64,000 nt of DNA from Gemmatimonadales bacterium (GTDB lineage Bacteria; Gemmatimonadota; Gemmatimonadetes; Gemmatimonadales; GWC2-71-9). Below are positions 45,269 through 54,928 of this stretch, piece after piece. The notes under the pieces are model-generated. The model was given only the letters and a program-made list of their open reading frames with translations. It ran no database searches and had not been told where the DNA came from. The DNA is taken from contig DATAOI010000087.1 of assembly GCA_036265815.1 (NCBI GenBank), positions 6,849 to 70,848 on the forward strand. The letters run 5' to 3'. The position numbers and the translations under genes are program-made. Numbering within the stretch: the stretch's first letter is position 1; every line of letters begins with the position of its first letter.

Positions 45269-46699
45269 ATGCCAATGCGTCCACTTCCGGTCCTCGCCGT
45301 CCTGCTCGCCGTTCTGCCCCGTGCCCTCCCCGCCCAGCGGCCCGACTCGCTCTCGGAAAACGTCCGCAAGTATGTCGCGGTCGACAGCAGCATCATCGCG
45401 CTCACCCACGTGCTGCTGATCGACGGCACCGGCGCGGCTCCCAAGCCGGACCAGACGGTCATCATCCGCAACGGCCAATTCGCCGAAGTTGGCCCGGCGG
45501 CATCGGTGCGGGTACCGGACGGCGCCGTGACCATGGATCTCAACGGCCACACCGCTATCCCCGGCCTGGTCGGCATGCACGACCATCTGTTCTACACCGC
45601 TGCCGGCGGGCGAGCGGTGCAGATGTCGTACACCGGCCCTCGGCTGTACCTGGCCTCGGGAGTCACCACCATCCGCACCACCGGTGGACGCGCCCCCTAC
45701 GCCGAGATCAACCTCAAGGACGCGATCACCCGCGGACTGACGCCGGGTCCCCGCATCCACCTGACGGCACCCTACATCACGGGGCCGGAGGGTGGCGGGA
45801 GCATGGCGGTGGTGAAGTCGCCGGAGGAGGCGCGCCGCTTCGTGGCCTACTGGGCCTCCGAGGGCGCCACCTGGATCAAGGCGTATACCGACATCAACCG
45901 GGCCGCACTGGGCGCGGCCATCAAGGAGGCGCACAAGCGAGGGATCAAGGTCACCGGCCATCTCTGCTCCGTCTCCTTCCGCGAGGCCGTCGCGCTCGGC
46001 ATCGACAACCTGGAGCACGGCATGTTGACCGCCTCGGATTTCGAGTCCGCCAAAGAGCCTGACATCTGCCCGGTGAACATGTTCGAGGACAACAGCAAGG
46101 CCGACGCAGGCGGGGCCACGGCCGACTCGGTGATCCGCACGATGGTGAAGGCCGGCGTGCCGATGACGTCGACCCTGGCGGTGATGGAGCCGTTCGTCCC
46201 CAACCGCCCCACCAAGGAGCCGCGGGTGCTGAATGCCATGGCCCCGGCGGTGCGGGACGACTACCTCAAGATGCGGAACGAGATCGACTCCACCGGCAAG
46301 GGCATCATTCCGGTGGAGGGGCTCAAGGCTTCGATGGCATTCGAGAAGCGCTTCGTCGAGGCCGGTGGCGTGCTCGCCGCGGGAGTCGACCCGACCGGGA
46401 TCGGCGGCGCACTGGCCGGATATGGCGACCAGCGGAACTACGAGCTGCTGATCGAGGCGGGGTTTACGCCGGTGCAGGTGGTGCGGATCATGAGCGCGAA
46501 CGGCGCCCGGATCCTCGGTGTGCAGCAGAAGCTGGGCACGGTGGAGAAGGGGAAGCTGGCCGACCTGGTGGTGCTCAAGGGAGACCTCACCGCGGATCCC
46601 ACGGTGATCCGGAATCCCACGACCGTCTTCAAGGACGGCATAGGGTATGACCCCGCGAAGCTGATCGCGTCGGTGCAGGGCAGGGTGGGAATCGACTGA
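45269..46699 (+). CDS. Amidohydrolase-superfamily metallohydrolase, exported
   Basis: The start is MPMRPLPVLAVLLAVLP. GLVGMHDHLFY (HxH), GIKVTGHL and ADLVVLKGDLTADP. Confidence 0.8.
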   Translation: MPMRPLPVLAVLLAVLPRALPAQRPDSLSENVRKYVAVDSSIIALTHVLLIDGTGAAPKPDQTVIIRNGQFAEVGPAASVRVPDGAVTMDLNGHTAIPGLVGMHDHLFYTAAGGRAVQMSYTGPRLYLASGVTTIRTTGGRAPYAEINLKDAITRGLTPGPRIHLTAPYITGPEGGGSMAVVKSPEEARRFVAYWASEGATWIKAYTDINRAALGAAIKEAHKRGIKVTGHLCSVSFREAVALGIDNLEHGMLTASDFESAKEPDICPVNMFEDNSKADAGGATADSVIRTMVKAGVPMTSTLAVMEPFVPNRPTKEPRVLNAMAPAVRDDYLKMRNEIDSTGKGIIPVEGLKASMAFEKRFVEAGGVLAAGVDPTGIGGALAGYGDQRNYELLIEAGFTPVQVVRIMSANGARILGVQQKLGTVEKGKLADLVVLKGDLTADPTVIRNPTTVFKDGIGYDPAKLIASVQGRVGID

Positions 46700-46708
46700 G
46701 GGAGCCGC

Positions 46709-47416
46709 TCAGCTGAGCCGCTTGGCCGTCTGCGATGGTGGAATGACGCGGAAGCGGAACTGCTGCTGCACCAGTTGGCGGACCTTCGCGGGGCCGCGAC
46801 TCGCCGGCCGGAAGCGCATCTGCCCCAGCGCCGTCAGCACCGACGCGGTGAAGCGGGGATCGTCACTGCGTACCACCTGGATTGTGGTGGTATCCACCTG
46901 GCCGGTCGTGTCGACCACGTAGATGGCGTCGACCAGCCCTTCGGCGCCGATGGCGAGCAGGTCCGGCGGATAGACCGGTGCCGCGCTCGACGGATACCGC
47001 TCCACCGCCTGATCCACCTCGAGCACGCTGAAGGCGGAATCGGGGATGAACGGTGCCATCGGACCGAACGGGAGCTGGCCCCGGGCGCCGCTCCCATCGG
47101 GTCCCTTCCGGGCGCCGTGGGTCGGGGGCCGCATGAGCCGTCCTACGGTCGGGACCGCGAGATTCTTCCCGTTGTCGAGATCCCCACCGAGCTTCCCCAA
47201 CTCGAGGATGTCAGTCTGCCGCGCGCGGATGTCCATCCGGTCGGGCGGCAGGAGGAAGAACACCCTGGCCTCGCGCTCGTCGGTGGGGATCTGCCTGCCT
47301 CCCTGAGTGGCGCCCAGGGCTAGCCAGACGACTCCGAGGTGCGCCAGGATGCTCACCAGCGCACACTCCGCGCTTTGGAAGAAGCTGCGATCGGATTCGA
47401 GAAGGGTGGGGTGCAT
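46709..47416 (-). CDS. TonB-family protein (N-terminal anchor + TonB C-terminal domain), paralogue A
   Basis: MHPTLLESDRS, then TM helix LVSILAHLGVVWLAL. The C-terminus has APVYPPDLLAIGAEGLVDAIYVVDTTGQVD...ALGQMRFRPA. It shares about half its residues, by eye, with the ORF at 59745-60449. Confidence 0.7.
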   Translation of the reverse strand: MHPTLLESDRSFFQSAECALVSILAHLGVVWLALGATQGGRQIPTDEREARVFFLLPPDRMDIRARQTDILELGKLGGDLDNGKNLAVPTVGRLMRPPTHGARKGPDGSGARGQLPFGPMAPFIPDSAFSVLEVDQAVERYPSSAAPVYPPDLLAIGAEGLVDAIYVVDTTGQVDTTTIQVVRSDDPRFTASVLTALGQMRFRPASRGPAKVRQLVQQQFRFRVIPPSQTAKRLS

Positions 47417-47461
47417 GCCAAAGCCGTCAGACGATTCGAGCCGCGAAACGTCGCGCTATCA

Positions 47462-47491
47462 CATATATGGCGAAGGTGCGCGTGGCGGCAA
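47462..47491 (-). promoter_or_regulatory. Candidate promoter of TonB-like paralogue A
   Basis: The minus strand reads TTGCCG-N18-TATATG. This geometry and the surrounding sequence (CGCCATATA..GAT.GCG) resemble the region upstream of paralogue B. Confidence 0.3.
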
Positions 47492-47522
47492 GAGGGGGGG
47501 TGGAGTCCCAGGCTGAAACGGG

Positions 47523-48416
47523 CTATTTCGCAGTGAAGAATCGTCCCAGCGCCTCGGCCGTCTGTTGGGGCGCTTCTTCGGGAAAGAAGTGCCCCGCGTC
47601 GAACGGCTGTCCCCGCACATCGTCGCTCCACGCCCGCCAGACGGCGAGTGGCCCGGACTCCTCCACGTACCAGGTTCCCAGCGGTCCAGGGCCGCTCCAC
47701 AGGACAAGCAGCGGGCAGCCGATCCGGCGGCCAGCCGCACGATCCGCCCGGTCATGCTCGCGGTCGATGGTCGCGGCAGCTCGGTATTCCTCGCAGATGG
47801 CGTGGGCGTGGCCGGGATCTCGGAGGGCCTCGACGTAGGCGGCACGGACCACCGGAGGGAACACCGCCGGCGGCGAGCCCCATCCCCCGAGTGCATCGTC
47901 CACGATGGCCTCGGCGGCTGCCGTCAGGATCCGCTCGGGGAGTGGTTCGGGCTGAGCCAGGAGCGACCAGGGCCAGAAGCCGAGCGCCAAGCGCGCGTCG
48001 GCGCGCTCCCAGACGGTCTCGGTCGGCAGGACGTCGAGCACGGCGAGCCGGTCCACCCGGGAGGGATGGTCCAGCGCCATCCGATAGGCCACTCGGCCGC
48101 CCCGGTCGTGTCCCGCTACGGAGAAGCGGGAGAACCCCAGCCGCTCCATGACGGCCACCAGGTCTCGCGCCATCGCGCGCTTGGCGTAGGGCCCATGGTC
48201 GGGGGCGGAAGCCGGGCAGCCGCTGCTCCCGTAGCCGCGCAGATCGGCGCAGACGACGGTGAAGTCGCGAGCGAGCAGCGGCGCGACGCCGCGCCACATG
48301 AGGTGGGTCTCGGGAAAGCCGTGGAGCAGAAGGAGCGGCGGACCGGAACCGGACGAGCGCACGAAGATGCTGGTCTCACCCGTCTCGAGCGTGGCGCTCT
48401 TGAACCCATCCATCAT
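47523..48416 (-). CDS. Alpha/beta hydrolase (haloacetate dehalogenase / epoxide hydrolase-like subgroup)
   Basis: LLLLHGFPETHLMW, the nucleophile elbow VAGHDRGGRVA, and VLDVLPT. Confidence 0.8.
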   Translation of the reverse strand: MMDGFKSATLETGETSIFVRSSGSGPPLLLLHGFPETHLMWRGVAPLLARDFTVVCADLRGYGSSGCPASAPDHGPYAKRAMARDLVAVMERLGFSRFSVAGHDRGGRVAYRMALDHPSRVDRLAVLDVLPTETVWERADARLALGFWPWSLLAQPEPLPERILTAAAEAIVDDALGGWGSPPAVFPPVVRAAYVEALRDPGHAHAICEEYRAAATIDREHDRADRAAGRRIGCPLLVLWSGPGPLGTWYVEESGPLAVWRAWSDDVRGQPFDAGHFFPEEAPQQTAEALGRFFTAK

Positions 48417-48455
48417 GCAGATCAGCCTGGTGCAGCTCGGCGCGGCGAGGCCGAG

Positions 48456-48926
48456 TCAGGAGCTTGCGGCGAGAAGGGTCAGGAACGCGCCCCCGACCGC
48501 CACGACGTCCTCTCCCAGGGCCACCACGTAGTCCGGCACGCCGAGCGCCGGGACGAGGCGGGTCCGGGCCCTGTAACCGCCGAGCGTCCCGGCCACCGCG
48601 CCGAGCGCGCCGAGCACGGCGCCAAGGGCGAGAGAGCCGCCGGTGCCGGCCACGAGCGCGGCGCCCGAGAGCCCGCCCGTCACGATCCGTGCGACGAACG
48701 GCCCCGGCCGAGTGCGGCTCGGGGTCTTCGGCAGCTGGTCCGCCACCAGCTCGCCGAGCATCAGAACGGTGAGCAGGTACGCCGCTGGCGCGGAGCTTAG
48801 GAAAGCCAGCGGGGTGTCGTCAAGGTGCAGCCAGTCGAGGTGCGCGGCCCAGGCAATGGCCGCCGGTGCGGTCATCGACCGGAGGCCGGCGACGAAACCG
48901 ATCGCTGACGCGAACAGATAAAGCAT
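48456..48926 (-). CDS. DUF4126-family membrane protein
   Basis: Four hydrophobic segments, GLRSMTAPAAIAWAAHL, and GELVADQLPKTPSRT. Confidence 0.7.
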   Translation of the reverse strand: MLYLFASAIGFVAGLRSMTAPAAIAWAAHLDWLHLDDTPLAFLSSAPAAYLLTVLMLGELVADQLPKTPSRTRPGPFVARIVTGGLSGAALVAGTGGSLALGAVLGALGAVAGTLGGYRARTRLVPALGVPDYVVALGEDVVAVGGAFLTLLAASS

Positions 48927-48967
48927 GAGCTGCCTTCCTGGGCCCGAGCTGTCCGAGTCAGTCTGTG

Positions 48968-49891
48968 TTACTGTGCCGCTTCACGGCACCGACGCGCGCG
49001 GACATTCCGAGGCTCCCCCGGCATGCCCACGCTTCGTCGGAACCCTCCAGGCGTCTCCCCGAAGGCACGCCGGAACGCTCTGGTGAAATGACTCTGATCA
49101 GCGAAACCCGCTTCCACCGCGATCTCGGCGATGGATCGTCCACCCTCCGTCAGGGCGGTGACTGACCAGGCGAGCCGAAGCTGCCTCAGGTATTCTCCCG
49201 GCGTACTCCCGAGCCAGGCACGAAACGCACGGGAAAGGTAGACGGGATGCACATCGAGCTCGCCTGCCAGGTCCACAATCCGGAGGTCGCGACACCTGAA
49301 ACGTTCCTGCAAAAGCTCTCGCGCTCGTCCAAGCCACGGTGCCGCGGTCGGGCTCAGACGGCCGGGCCCTCCGGTCGCGCGCCCGACGTGGGCGAGCAGC
49401 TCGAAGGTGAGCCCCTCGAGCGCCAGCGGCGTCGCGCTGTCGGCCAGGCCAAGCTCGTGATGCATCTTGCGCGCGATCAGCTGAACCGTCGCGTCACGCC
49501 GCTCCGTAATCCGCGCGAACATGTCCGTACGGCCGATCAGCGTCTCGAGGCGGGCAGGGGTGATCTCGACGACGAGATTCAGCGCTCCTTCCCGGCCGAA
49601 GCGATCTGCGTGCGGCTCGCCCGGTGGGCGGAACAGCACGCTCGATGCCAGGCAGCGTTGCTGCGGGATCCGGCCGGGATAACTCTCCTCGAAGGTCCCC
49701 TCGAGAAGGATGGTCAGCGTCGCCTGTTCATGGATGTGGACCGCGATGGGCGCGCGATGACGCGATTCGCTGAAGACCAGATCACCCGCGCGGAGGGCAC
49801 GCACGAGGTCGCCTGGGTTCGCCGGCACCGGGCGCACCTCGGGTAGCGCGAGCGGCTCTGGCACCCGGCGAGTTTCGTGCGTTCCATTCAT
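48968..49891 (-). CDS. AraC-family transcriptional regulator
   Basis: The C-terminal HTH pair is VHPVYLSRAFRAWLGSTPGEYLRQLRL...IAEIAVEAGFADQSHFTRAFRRAFGETP. It is divergent from the decarboxylase gene. Confidence 0.85.
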   Translation of the reverse strand: MNGTHETRRVPEPLALPEVRPVPANPGDLVRALRAGDLVFSESRHRAPIAVHIHEQATLTILLEGTFEESYPGRIPQQRCLASSVLFRPPGEPHADRFGREGALNLVVEITPARLETLIGRTDMFARITERRDATVQLIARKMHHELGLADSATPLALEGLTFELLAHVGRATGGPGRLSPTAAPWLGRARELLQERFRCRDLRIVDLAGELDVHPVYLSRAFRAWLGSTPGEYLRQLRLAWSVTALTEGGRSIAEIAVEAGFADQSHFTRAFRRAFGETPGGFRRSVGMPGEPRNVRARRCREAAQ

Positions 49892-49983
49892 GCGCCACCT
49901 CGTTCAAGACAGACTCCACCCCGACAACATATCCTCCTTCACCAGCCGTAGGAACATGTCTGCCGGCAGGACGGAGGCACCCA

Positions 49984-51471
49984 GTGGAAGAGTCCTTGGA
50001 TCCTGTCACCGAGGAGGAGTGGGAGGGGCTCCAGCGGCTGGGGAGTCGCATGCTCGATGACATGATGAACTATCTCCGGACCGTTCGCGAGCGCCCCGCT
50101 TGGCAGCCGGTGCCGGGCGAGGTGGCGGGCCGCCTCACAGGTCCGCTCCCGCTGGACCCCGTGCCGCTGGAGGCCGTGTACGACCAGTTCACCCGGGACG
50201 TGCTCCCATATCCCACCGGAAACATTCATCCACGCTTCTGGGGCTGGGTCATGGGTACGGGTACGCCGGTGGGCATGCTGGCGGAGCTGCTCACCGCTGC
50301 GATGAACGCCCACGTGGGAGGATACGATCAAGCCGCCACTCACGTCGAGCGCCAAGTGGTGCGCTGGCTCATCGAGCTGCTGGGCTACCCTCCCGCCGCG
50401 AGTGGGTTGCTGGTGTCCGGTGCGACAGCGGCCAACCTGATCGGCCTGACGGTCGCACGGAACGCGAAGGCGGGCTTCGACGTGCGGGCCTCCGGACTGG
50501 GTGCCCTCGAGAGGCCACGATTGCTGATCTATGCCTCGACCGAGACACACAGCTGGCTCACCAAATCGTGCGAGCTTCTCGGCCTCGGCAGAGCGGCCAT
50601 TCGCCTGGTCCCGGTTGATGCCGAGTTCCGCATCGAGCTCGGCACGTTGCGGGAAATGGTGGACCGGGATCGGCGCGATGGCCAGCGCCCGATCTGCGTG
50701 ATCGGGAATGCGGGAACCGTGAACACGGGGGCCACGGACGATCTCAGGTCCCTGGCGGCGTTCTGCCGCCAGGAGGATCTCTGGTTCCACGTGGATGGCG
50801 CGTTCGGGGCACTCGCTGCCCTGGCGCCGGCGCTACAGCCCATCGTCGCCGGAATGCAGGAGGCCGACTCGCTCGCGTTCGATCTGCACAAGTGGGGCTA
50901 CGTACAGTACGAGGCCGGCTGCATCCTGGTCAGGGACGCGGCAGTGCATAGAGCGACCTTCGCCCTGACGCCCGACTATCTGCGGCCGACGGCCGGAGGG
51001 ATCTCGATCGACCCTACCCACTTTGCCGACCTGGGAACCCAGCTCTCGCGCAGCTTTCGCGCACTGAAGGTCTGGATGACACTCCAGGCGCAGGGCGCTC
51101 GCGCGTGGGGACGTGTCATCCAGCAGAACGTGGATCAGGCCAGCTACCTCGCCGGGCTGATCGAGGCGAGCGACGAGCTCGAGCTGCTCGCACCGGTCCC
51201 GCTGAACGTCGTGTGCTTCCGATACGCCGGCGACCTCGACGAAGAGCGGCGGCGGGTCGTGAACGAGGCGATTCTGGTGGAGCTGCAGGTTCGGGGCATC
51301 GCGGTGCCGTCGGGCACCACCATCACGGGACCGGCCGGACCTCGGTTTGGCCTGCGGGTCGCGAATACCAATCACCGGAGCCGGCGCGAGGACTTCCGGA
51401 TGCTGGTGGAGGCCGTTCTCGAGCTAGGGCATGAGCTCAGCTCTCCGGTCGCCAGTCCCGTGGCACATTGA
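49984..51471 (+). CDS. Group II PLP-dependent (aromatic amino acid-type) decarboxylase
   Basis: HPRFWGWVMG, SGATAANLIGL, and the PLP lysine box SLAFDLHKWGYV. GTG start. Confidence 0.85.
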   Translation: MEESLDPVTEEEWEGLQRLGSRMLDDMMNYLRTVRERPAWQPVPGEVAGRLTGPLPLDPVPLEAVYDQFTRDVLPYPTGNIHPRFWGWVMGTGTPVGMLAELLTAAMNAHVGGYDQAATHVERQVVRWLIELLGYPPAASGLLVSGATAANLIGLTVARNAKAGFDVRASGLGALERPRLLIYASTETHSWLTKSCELLGLGRAAIRLVPVDAEFRIELGTLREMVDRDRRDGQRPICVIGNAGTVNTGATDDLRSLAAFCRQEDLWFHVDGAFGALAALAPALQPIVAGMQEADSLAFDLHKWGYVQYEAGCILVRDAAVHRATFALTPDYLRPTAGGISIDPTHFADLGTQLSRSFRALKVWMTLQAQGARAWGRVIQQNVDQASYLAGLIEASDELELLAPVPLNVVCFRYAGDLDEERRRVVNEAILVELQVRGIAVPSGTTITGPAGPRFGLRVANTNHRSRREDFRMLVEAVLELGHELSSPVASPVAH

Positions 51472-51472
51472 G

Positions 51473-53080
51473 ATGCGATCCGTGCGCCTCCTTCTCCCAG
51501 CGCTGCTCGCCGCCGCCTCTCCGGCGGAGGCGCAGTCGCCCACGCGCGCCGGGGCGTCGGAGCAAGATTATGTGGCCGGCCGACGGCTGGTCGACGCGGC
51601 AATTCGGGCCACCGGTGACTCGGCGGCGCTCGCAGCCCTTGGGACCCTCACGGCCACCTTCTGCGCCAGGGCCGTGGAACTCGGTCAGAGCGCCCGCCCA
51701 GACGCTCCGTACGACACCATACGCGCGGCCGGCCGCCGAATCTATGATCTGGCGGGGCGGCGCTATGCTCAGGAGTGGTCCACCGAGTTCCGCGGTGGCA
51801 TCCCACTCGCGCTTCACGAGGTGGTGACCGACAGCGCCGCGTACTCCCTCGATCGTCGCGGCGGCGTCCCATTCACGGTCGCTCCCAGCGGACTTGCGGC
51901 CAGCCTGCGGCGCGTCGAAGACAACTCCCCCTACGCTCCGCTCGTGCTGCTGGACCGCGCGCGCCGGAATGCCACGTCCATCAGGATCGTTCATCCAGCG
52001 GGGAGCCGGAGCCCGAACGCCGTGCTGTTTGTCGATCGTGCGACGGTGACTACGCTCGAGATCGATCCGCGAACCCATCTGGTCGTCAGCGCCGAAGCAC
52101 TATACGACAATTGGGCGGTGGGGTTAGGGACGCTGCGGGTCGAGTTCCTCGACTATCAGCGCGTCGGCCCGGTCCGACTTGCGGCGCGCGTCAGAACCTC
52201 GTGGCAGCAGGGCGTGCTCACCGATGTGGTCTTCGCCGGAGTCGCGCGGACCGCGGCACCTCCTCCGGAGGCCTTCCAGCCCCCAAGCGACTCGGCCCAC
52301 GCGGTGCCGATCGGTGGGGCATTGCATATCAGCATCGATTCCGTCGCACCGCACGTCTTTGCTGTCCGCTTCGGGCAGACGGCTGGTCCCAACTTCGGCT
52401 ACAATCCGCCGTTCGCATATGCCCAGCTGCTCGTGGAGCTCACCGACCGGCTTCTCCTGGTCGACGCACCGTGGTCAGCCACCGTCCAGCAGGCGGTGAT
52501 CGACTCGGTGCACCGTCGGTTCCCGGCCAAGCCCATCGCGCTCATAGCCTTCACCCACTATCACTCGGACCACTTCGGCGGGCTGCGCGCGTATCTGGGG
52601 GGCAAGACCAGGTTCATCACGACGCCCGGGAACCGGAGGTTCATCGAGCGGGTCGCTACGGCCTCCCATCCGTTGGACTCGCCGGGCCCAGGGGCGGCAT
52701 CGGACGCCGCGTCTCGCATCGAGACCTTCACCGGGACGCACTCGATCGCCGACAGTGCCGCGCCGGTCGACCTGCACGAGGTCGGCGGAGCTCACGCCGA
52801 CGAGATGGTGATCGCCTGGCTTCCCCGCCAGCACCTGCTCTTCACCGCCGATCTGTTCGGGATCTTTCCCGAACCCGGCGGACCGGGTGGCTCCTACGAG
52901 GCGGAGCGCGCGCTCGCGCGGTACGTGCTGGGCCAGGGTTGGAAGGTCGAGACTGTGGTCAGTGGTCATGCCGCGATCGTCCCTGGCTCGGTGCTCGGGG
53001 CAACGTTGACGCAGGGCTCCGACACCGGAAGGGCACGCCAGATGGGTGTGCCCGCATGTCCCCCCGGTCAACGGTTCTGA
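51473..53080 (+). CDS. Exported metallo-beta-lactamase-fold hydrolase with large N-terminal domain
   Basis: The start is MRSVRLLLPALLAAASPAEAQ, 1 nt after the upstream stop. The HxHxDH motif is FTHYHSDHFGG. Confidence 0.75.
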   Translation: MRSVRLLLPALLAAASPAEAQSPTRAGASEQDYVAGRRLVDAAIRATGDSAALAALGTLTATFCARAVELGQSARPDAPYDTIRAAGRRIYDLAGRRYAQEWSTEFRGGIPLALHEVVTDSAAYSLDRRGGVPFTVAPSGLAASLRRVEDNSPYAPLVLLDRARRNATSIRIVHPAGSRSPNAVLFVDRATVTTLEIDPRTHLVVSAEALYDNWAVGLGTLRVEFLDYQRVGPVRLAARVRTSWQQGVLTDVVFAGVARTAAPPPEAFQPPSDSAHAVPIGGALHISIDSVAPHVFAVRFGQTAGPNFGYNPPFAYAQLLVELTDRLLLVDAPWSATVQQAVIDSVHRRFPAKPIALIAFTHYHSDHFGGLRAYLGGKTRFITTPGNRRFIERVATASHPLDSPGPGAASDAASRIETFTGTHSIADSAAPVDLHEVGGAHADEMVIAWLPRQHLLFTADLFGIFPEPGGPGGSYEAERALARYVLGQGWKVETVVSGHAAIVPGSVLGATLTQGSDTGRARQMGVPACPPGQRF

Positions 53081-53083
53081 TGC

Positions 53084-54874
53084 ATGCGCGCTTCCCGCAG
53101 ACTCCCAGCCCTTGCACTCGCCGTAATCGGCGGATGCGCCCCGCCCCATCAGGCGGCCGCGCAAGCGCCCGATGGCCCGACATCGGCAGGCGCTCAAGCC
53201 CTGATCGGTCTCTGGGCTTCCGAGGTCAGCTTCGGCCCACAGGCGAGCGGACTGCTCACCGTGGCTCGCGATGGAGCAGGGTGGACCGCCATGATCGCGG
53301 GCTTCGAGGTGCCTGCCCAGGTCACCAGCGATTCGGTCCTGGTGCGGCTGCCGGACGGACTCGGCGACTTCCGTGGCGCGCGGCACACCCGCCCGGATCG
53401 AGTCGAGGGGTTCTGGGTCCAACCTGCCGGGCTGGTGGCAGGTGTGCCGTACGCGACGCCCGTGGCTTTGCACCGTAGCGGAATGGGCTCCTGGCAGGGT
53501 CGCATCGTTCCCGCCGAGGATCGCTATGCCCTCTACCTCTCCGTGCGATCCGACTCGAGCGGTCGCACCGTCGCGACCTTCCGGAATCCTGAGCGAAACT
53601 CGCGAGGCGGAGCCCCGGAGTTTCAGGTGGTTCGTACCGGCGACCTCGTCCGCTTCAGCGACTCTGCGTCTGGCACCAGCGCCATTGTCGCCACCTATGA
53701 CTCGGCCGGGCCGCGCCTGACCCTGTCGTGGCCGCCCCTTGGTGCCGTGCTCACGCTGACCCCGCGGTCGCGCGAGAACTCCGTCGGCCTGTTCCCTCGA
53801 ACTCCAGCGCCGTCCGGGTACCAGTATCGCGTACCCCTCGATCAGGGGGACGGATGGACCGTCGGCCGCGCCGGCACGGCCGGATTCGACGAGAGCGTGC
53901 TCACGCGTTTCGTCTCGCAGGTCATCAGCACCGACCCGCTCGCGCGAGCGGCCCCGCTGATCCATTCCGTCTTGATCGCCCGGCAGGGAAAGCTGGTGCT
54001 CGAGGAATACTTCTTCGGCTACGACCGCACGCGCACCCACGACCTGCGATCGGCTTCGAAGACGTTCACCTCGATCATGCTCGGGGCGGCGATGCAGCAC
54101 GGAGTGTCCCTCGGACCCGAGAGCCGGGTGTATCGGCTCTTTCACCGGTACGATCGATTCTCCAGGCCGGATCCACGAAAGCAGCAGATTACCCTCGGTC
54201 ACCTGCTCACTCACACCTCAGGGCTCGCCTGCGACGATTCGGACCCGGGCTCACCGGGCAACGAAGGCACGATGCAGACGCAGACGGAGCAGCCCGATTG
54301 GATCAAGTACACTCTGGATCTTGGCATGGCGCACGATCCCGGGGCCGCCTACGCCTATTGCTCCGGCGGAATGAACCTGGTGGGCGGAACGGTGGCCGTG
54401 GCCAGCGGACTCTGGCTGCCGGAGCTGTTCGAGCGGTGGATCGCCCGGCCTCTCGACATCATGGATTACCATGTCAACCTGACACCCACTGGTGAGGCAT
54501 ACTCGGGTGGGGGAGTCCAGATGCGTCCCCGCGACTTTCTCAAGTTCGGACAACTGTTTCTCGATCATGGACTCTGGCGGGGGCAACGGATCGTGCCGGA
54601 CCAGTGGGTGCGCCAGTCCACGACGCGACAGGTGAGGGCGAGCCCGGACAACGATGACGGATTCGGCTGGCACCTGTTCCACCTGCAGGTAGGTACCCGC
54701 CAGTATCGTGAGTACGAGGCGAACGGTAACGGCGGCCAGCTCCTGATCGTCGTCCCCGAGCTCGACCTCGCGGTCGTCTTCACGGCCGGGAACTACAACA
54801 ACTACGGCGTCTGGCGAAAGTTTCGCGATGAGCTCGTCCCCGAAGTGATCATCCCGGCGATTCGGCGCCGCTGA
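53084..54874 (+). CDS. Exported serine hydrolase of the beta-lactamase/PBP (class C-like) family with N-terminal extension
   Basis: The signal is MRASRRLPALALAVIGGCAP. The SxxK box is LRSASKTFTS. LLTHTSGL is present. It starts 3 nt after the upstream stop. Confidence 0.8.
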   Translation: MRASRRLPALALAVIGGCAPPHQAAAQAPDGPTSAGAQALIGLWASEVSFGPQASGLLTVARDGAGWTAMIAGFEVPAQVTSDSVLVRLPDGLGDFRGARHTRPDRVEGFWVQPAGLVAGVPYATPVALHRSGMGSWQGRIVPAEDRYALYLSVRSDSSGRTVATFRNPERNSRGGAPEFQVVRTGDLVRFSDSASGTSAIVATYDSAGPRLTLSWPPLGAVLTLTPRSRENSVGLFPRTPAPSGYQYRVPLDQGDGWTVGRAGTAGFDESVLTRFVSQVISTDPLARAAPLIHSVLIARQGKLVLEEYFFGYDRTRTHDLRSASKTFTSIMLGAAMQHGVSLGPESRVYRLFHRYDRFSRPDPRKQQITLGHLLTHTSGLACDDSDPGSPGNEGTMQTQTEQPDWIKYTLDLGMAHDPGAAYAYCSGGMNLVGGTVAVASGLWLPELFERWIARPLDIMDYHVNLTPTGEAYSGGGVQMRPRDFLKFGQLFLDHGLWRGQRIVPDQWVRQSTTRQVRASPDNDDGFGWHLFHLQVGTRQYREYEANGNGGQLLIVVPELDLAVVFTAGNYNNYGVWRKFRDELVPEVIIPAIRRR

Positions 54875-54928
54875 GCCACTGCTCTCACCGGGGCACCACA
54901 GCAGCGCCGCCGGTTTAGATTTCGGAGC

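Noticed and set aside
46707-46718. 12-bp perfect palindrome GCTCAGCTGAGC between the convergent amidohydrolase and TonB-like genes
   Set aside because: It is too short, has no U-tract, and overlaps the TonB-like stop codon. I cannot support it as a terminator or as a binding site.
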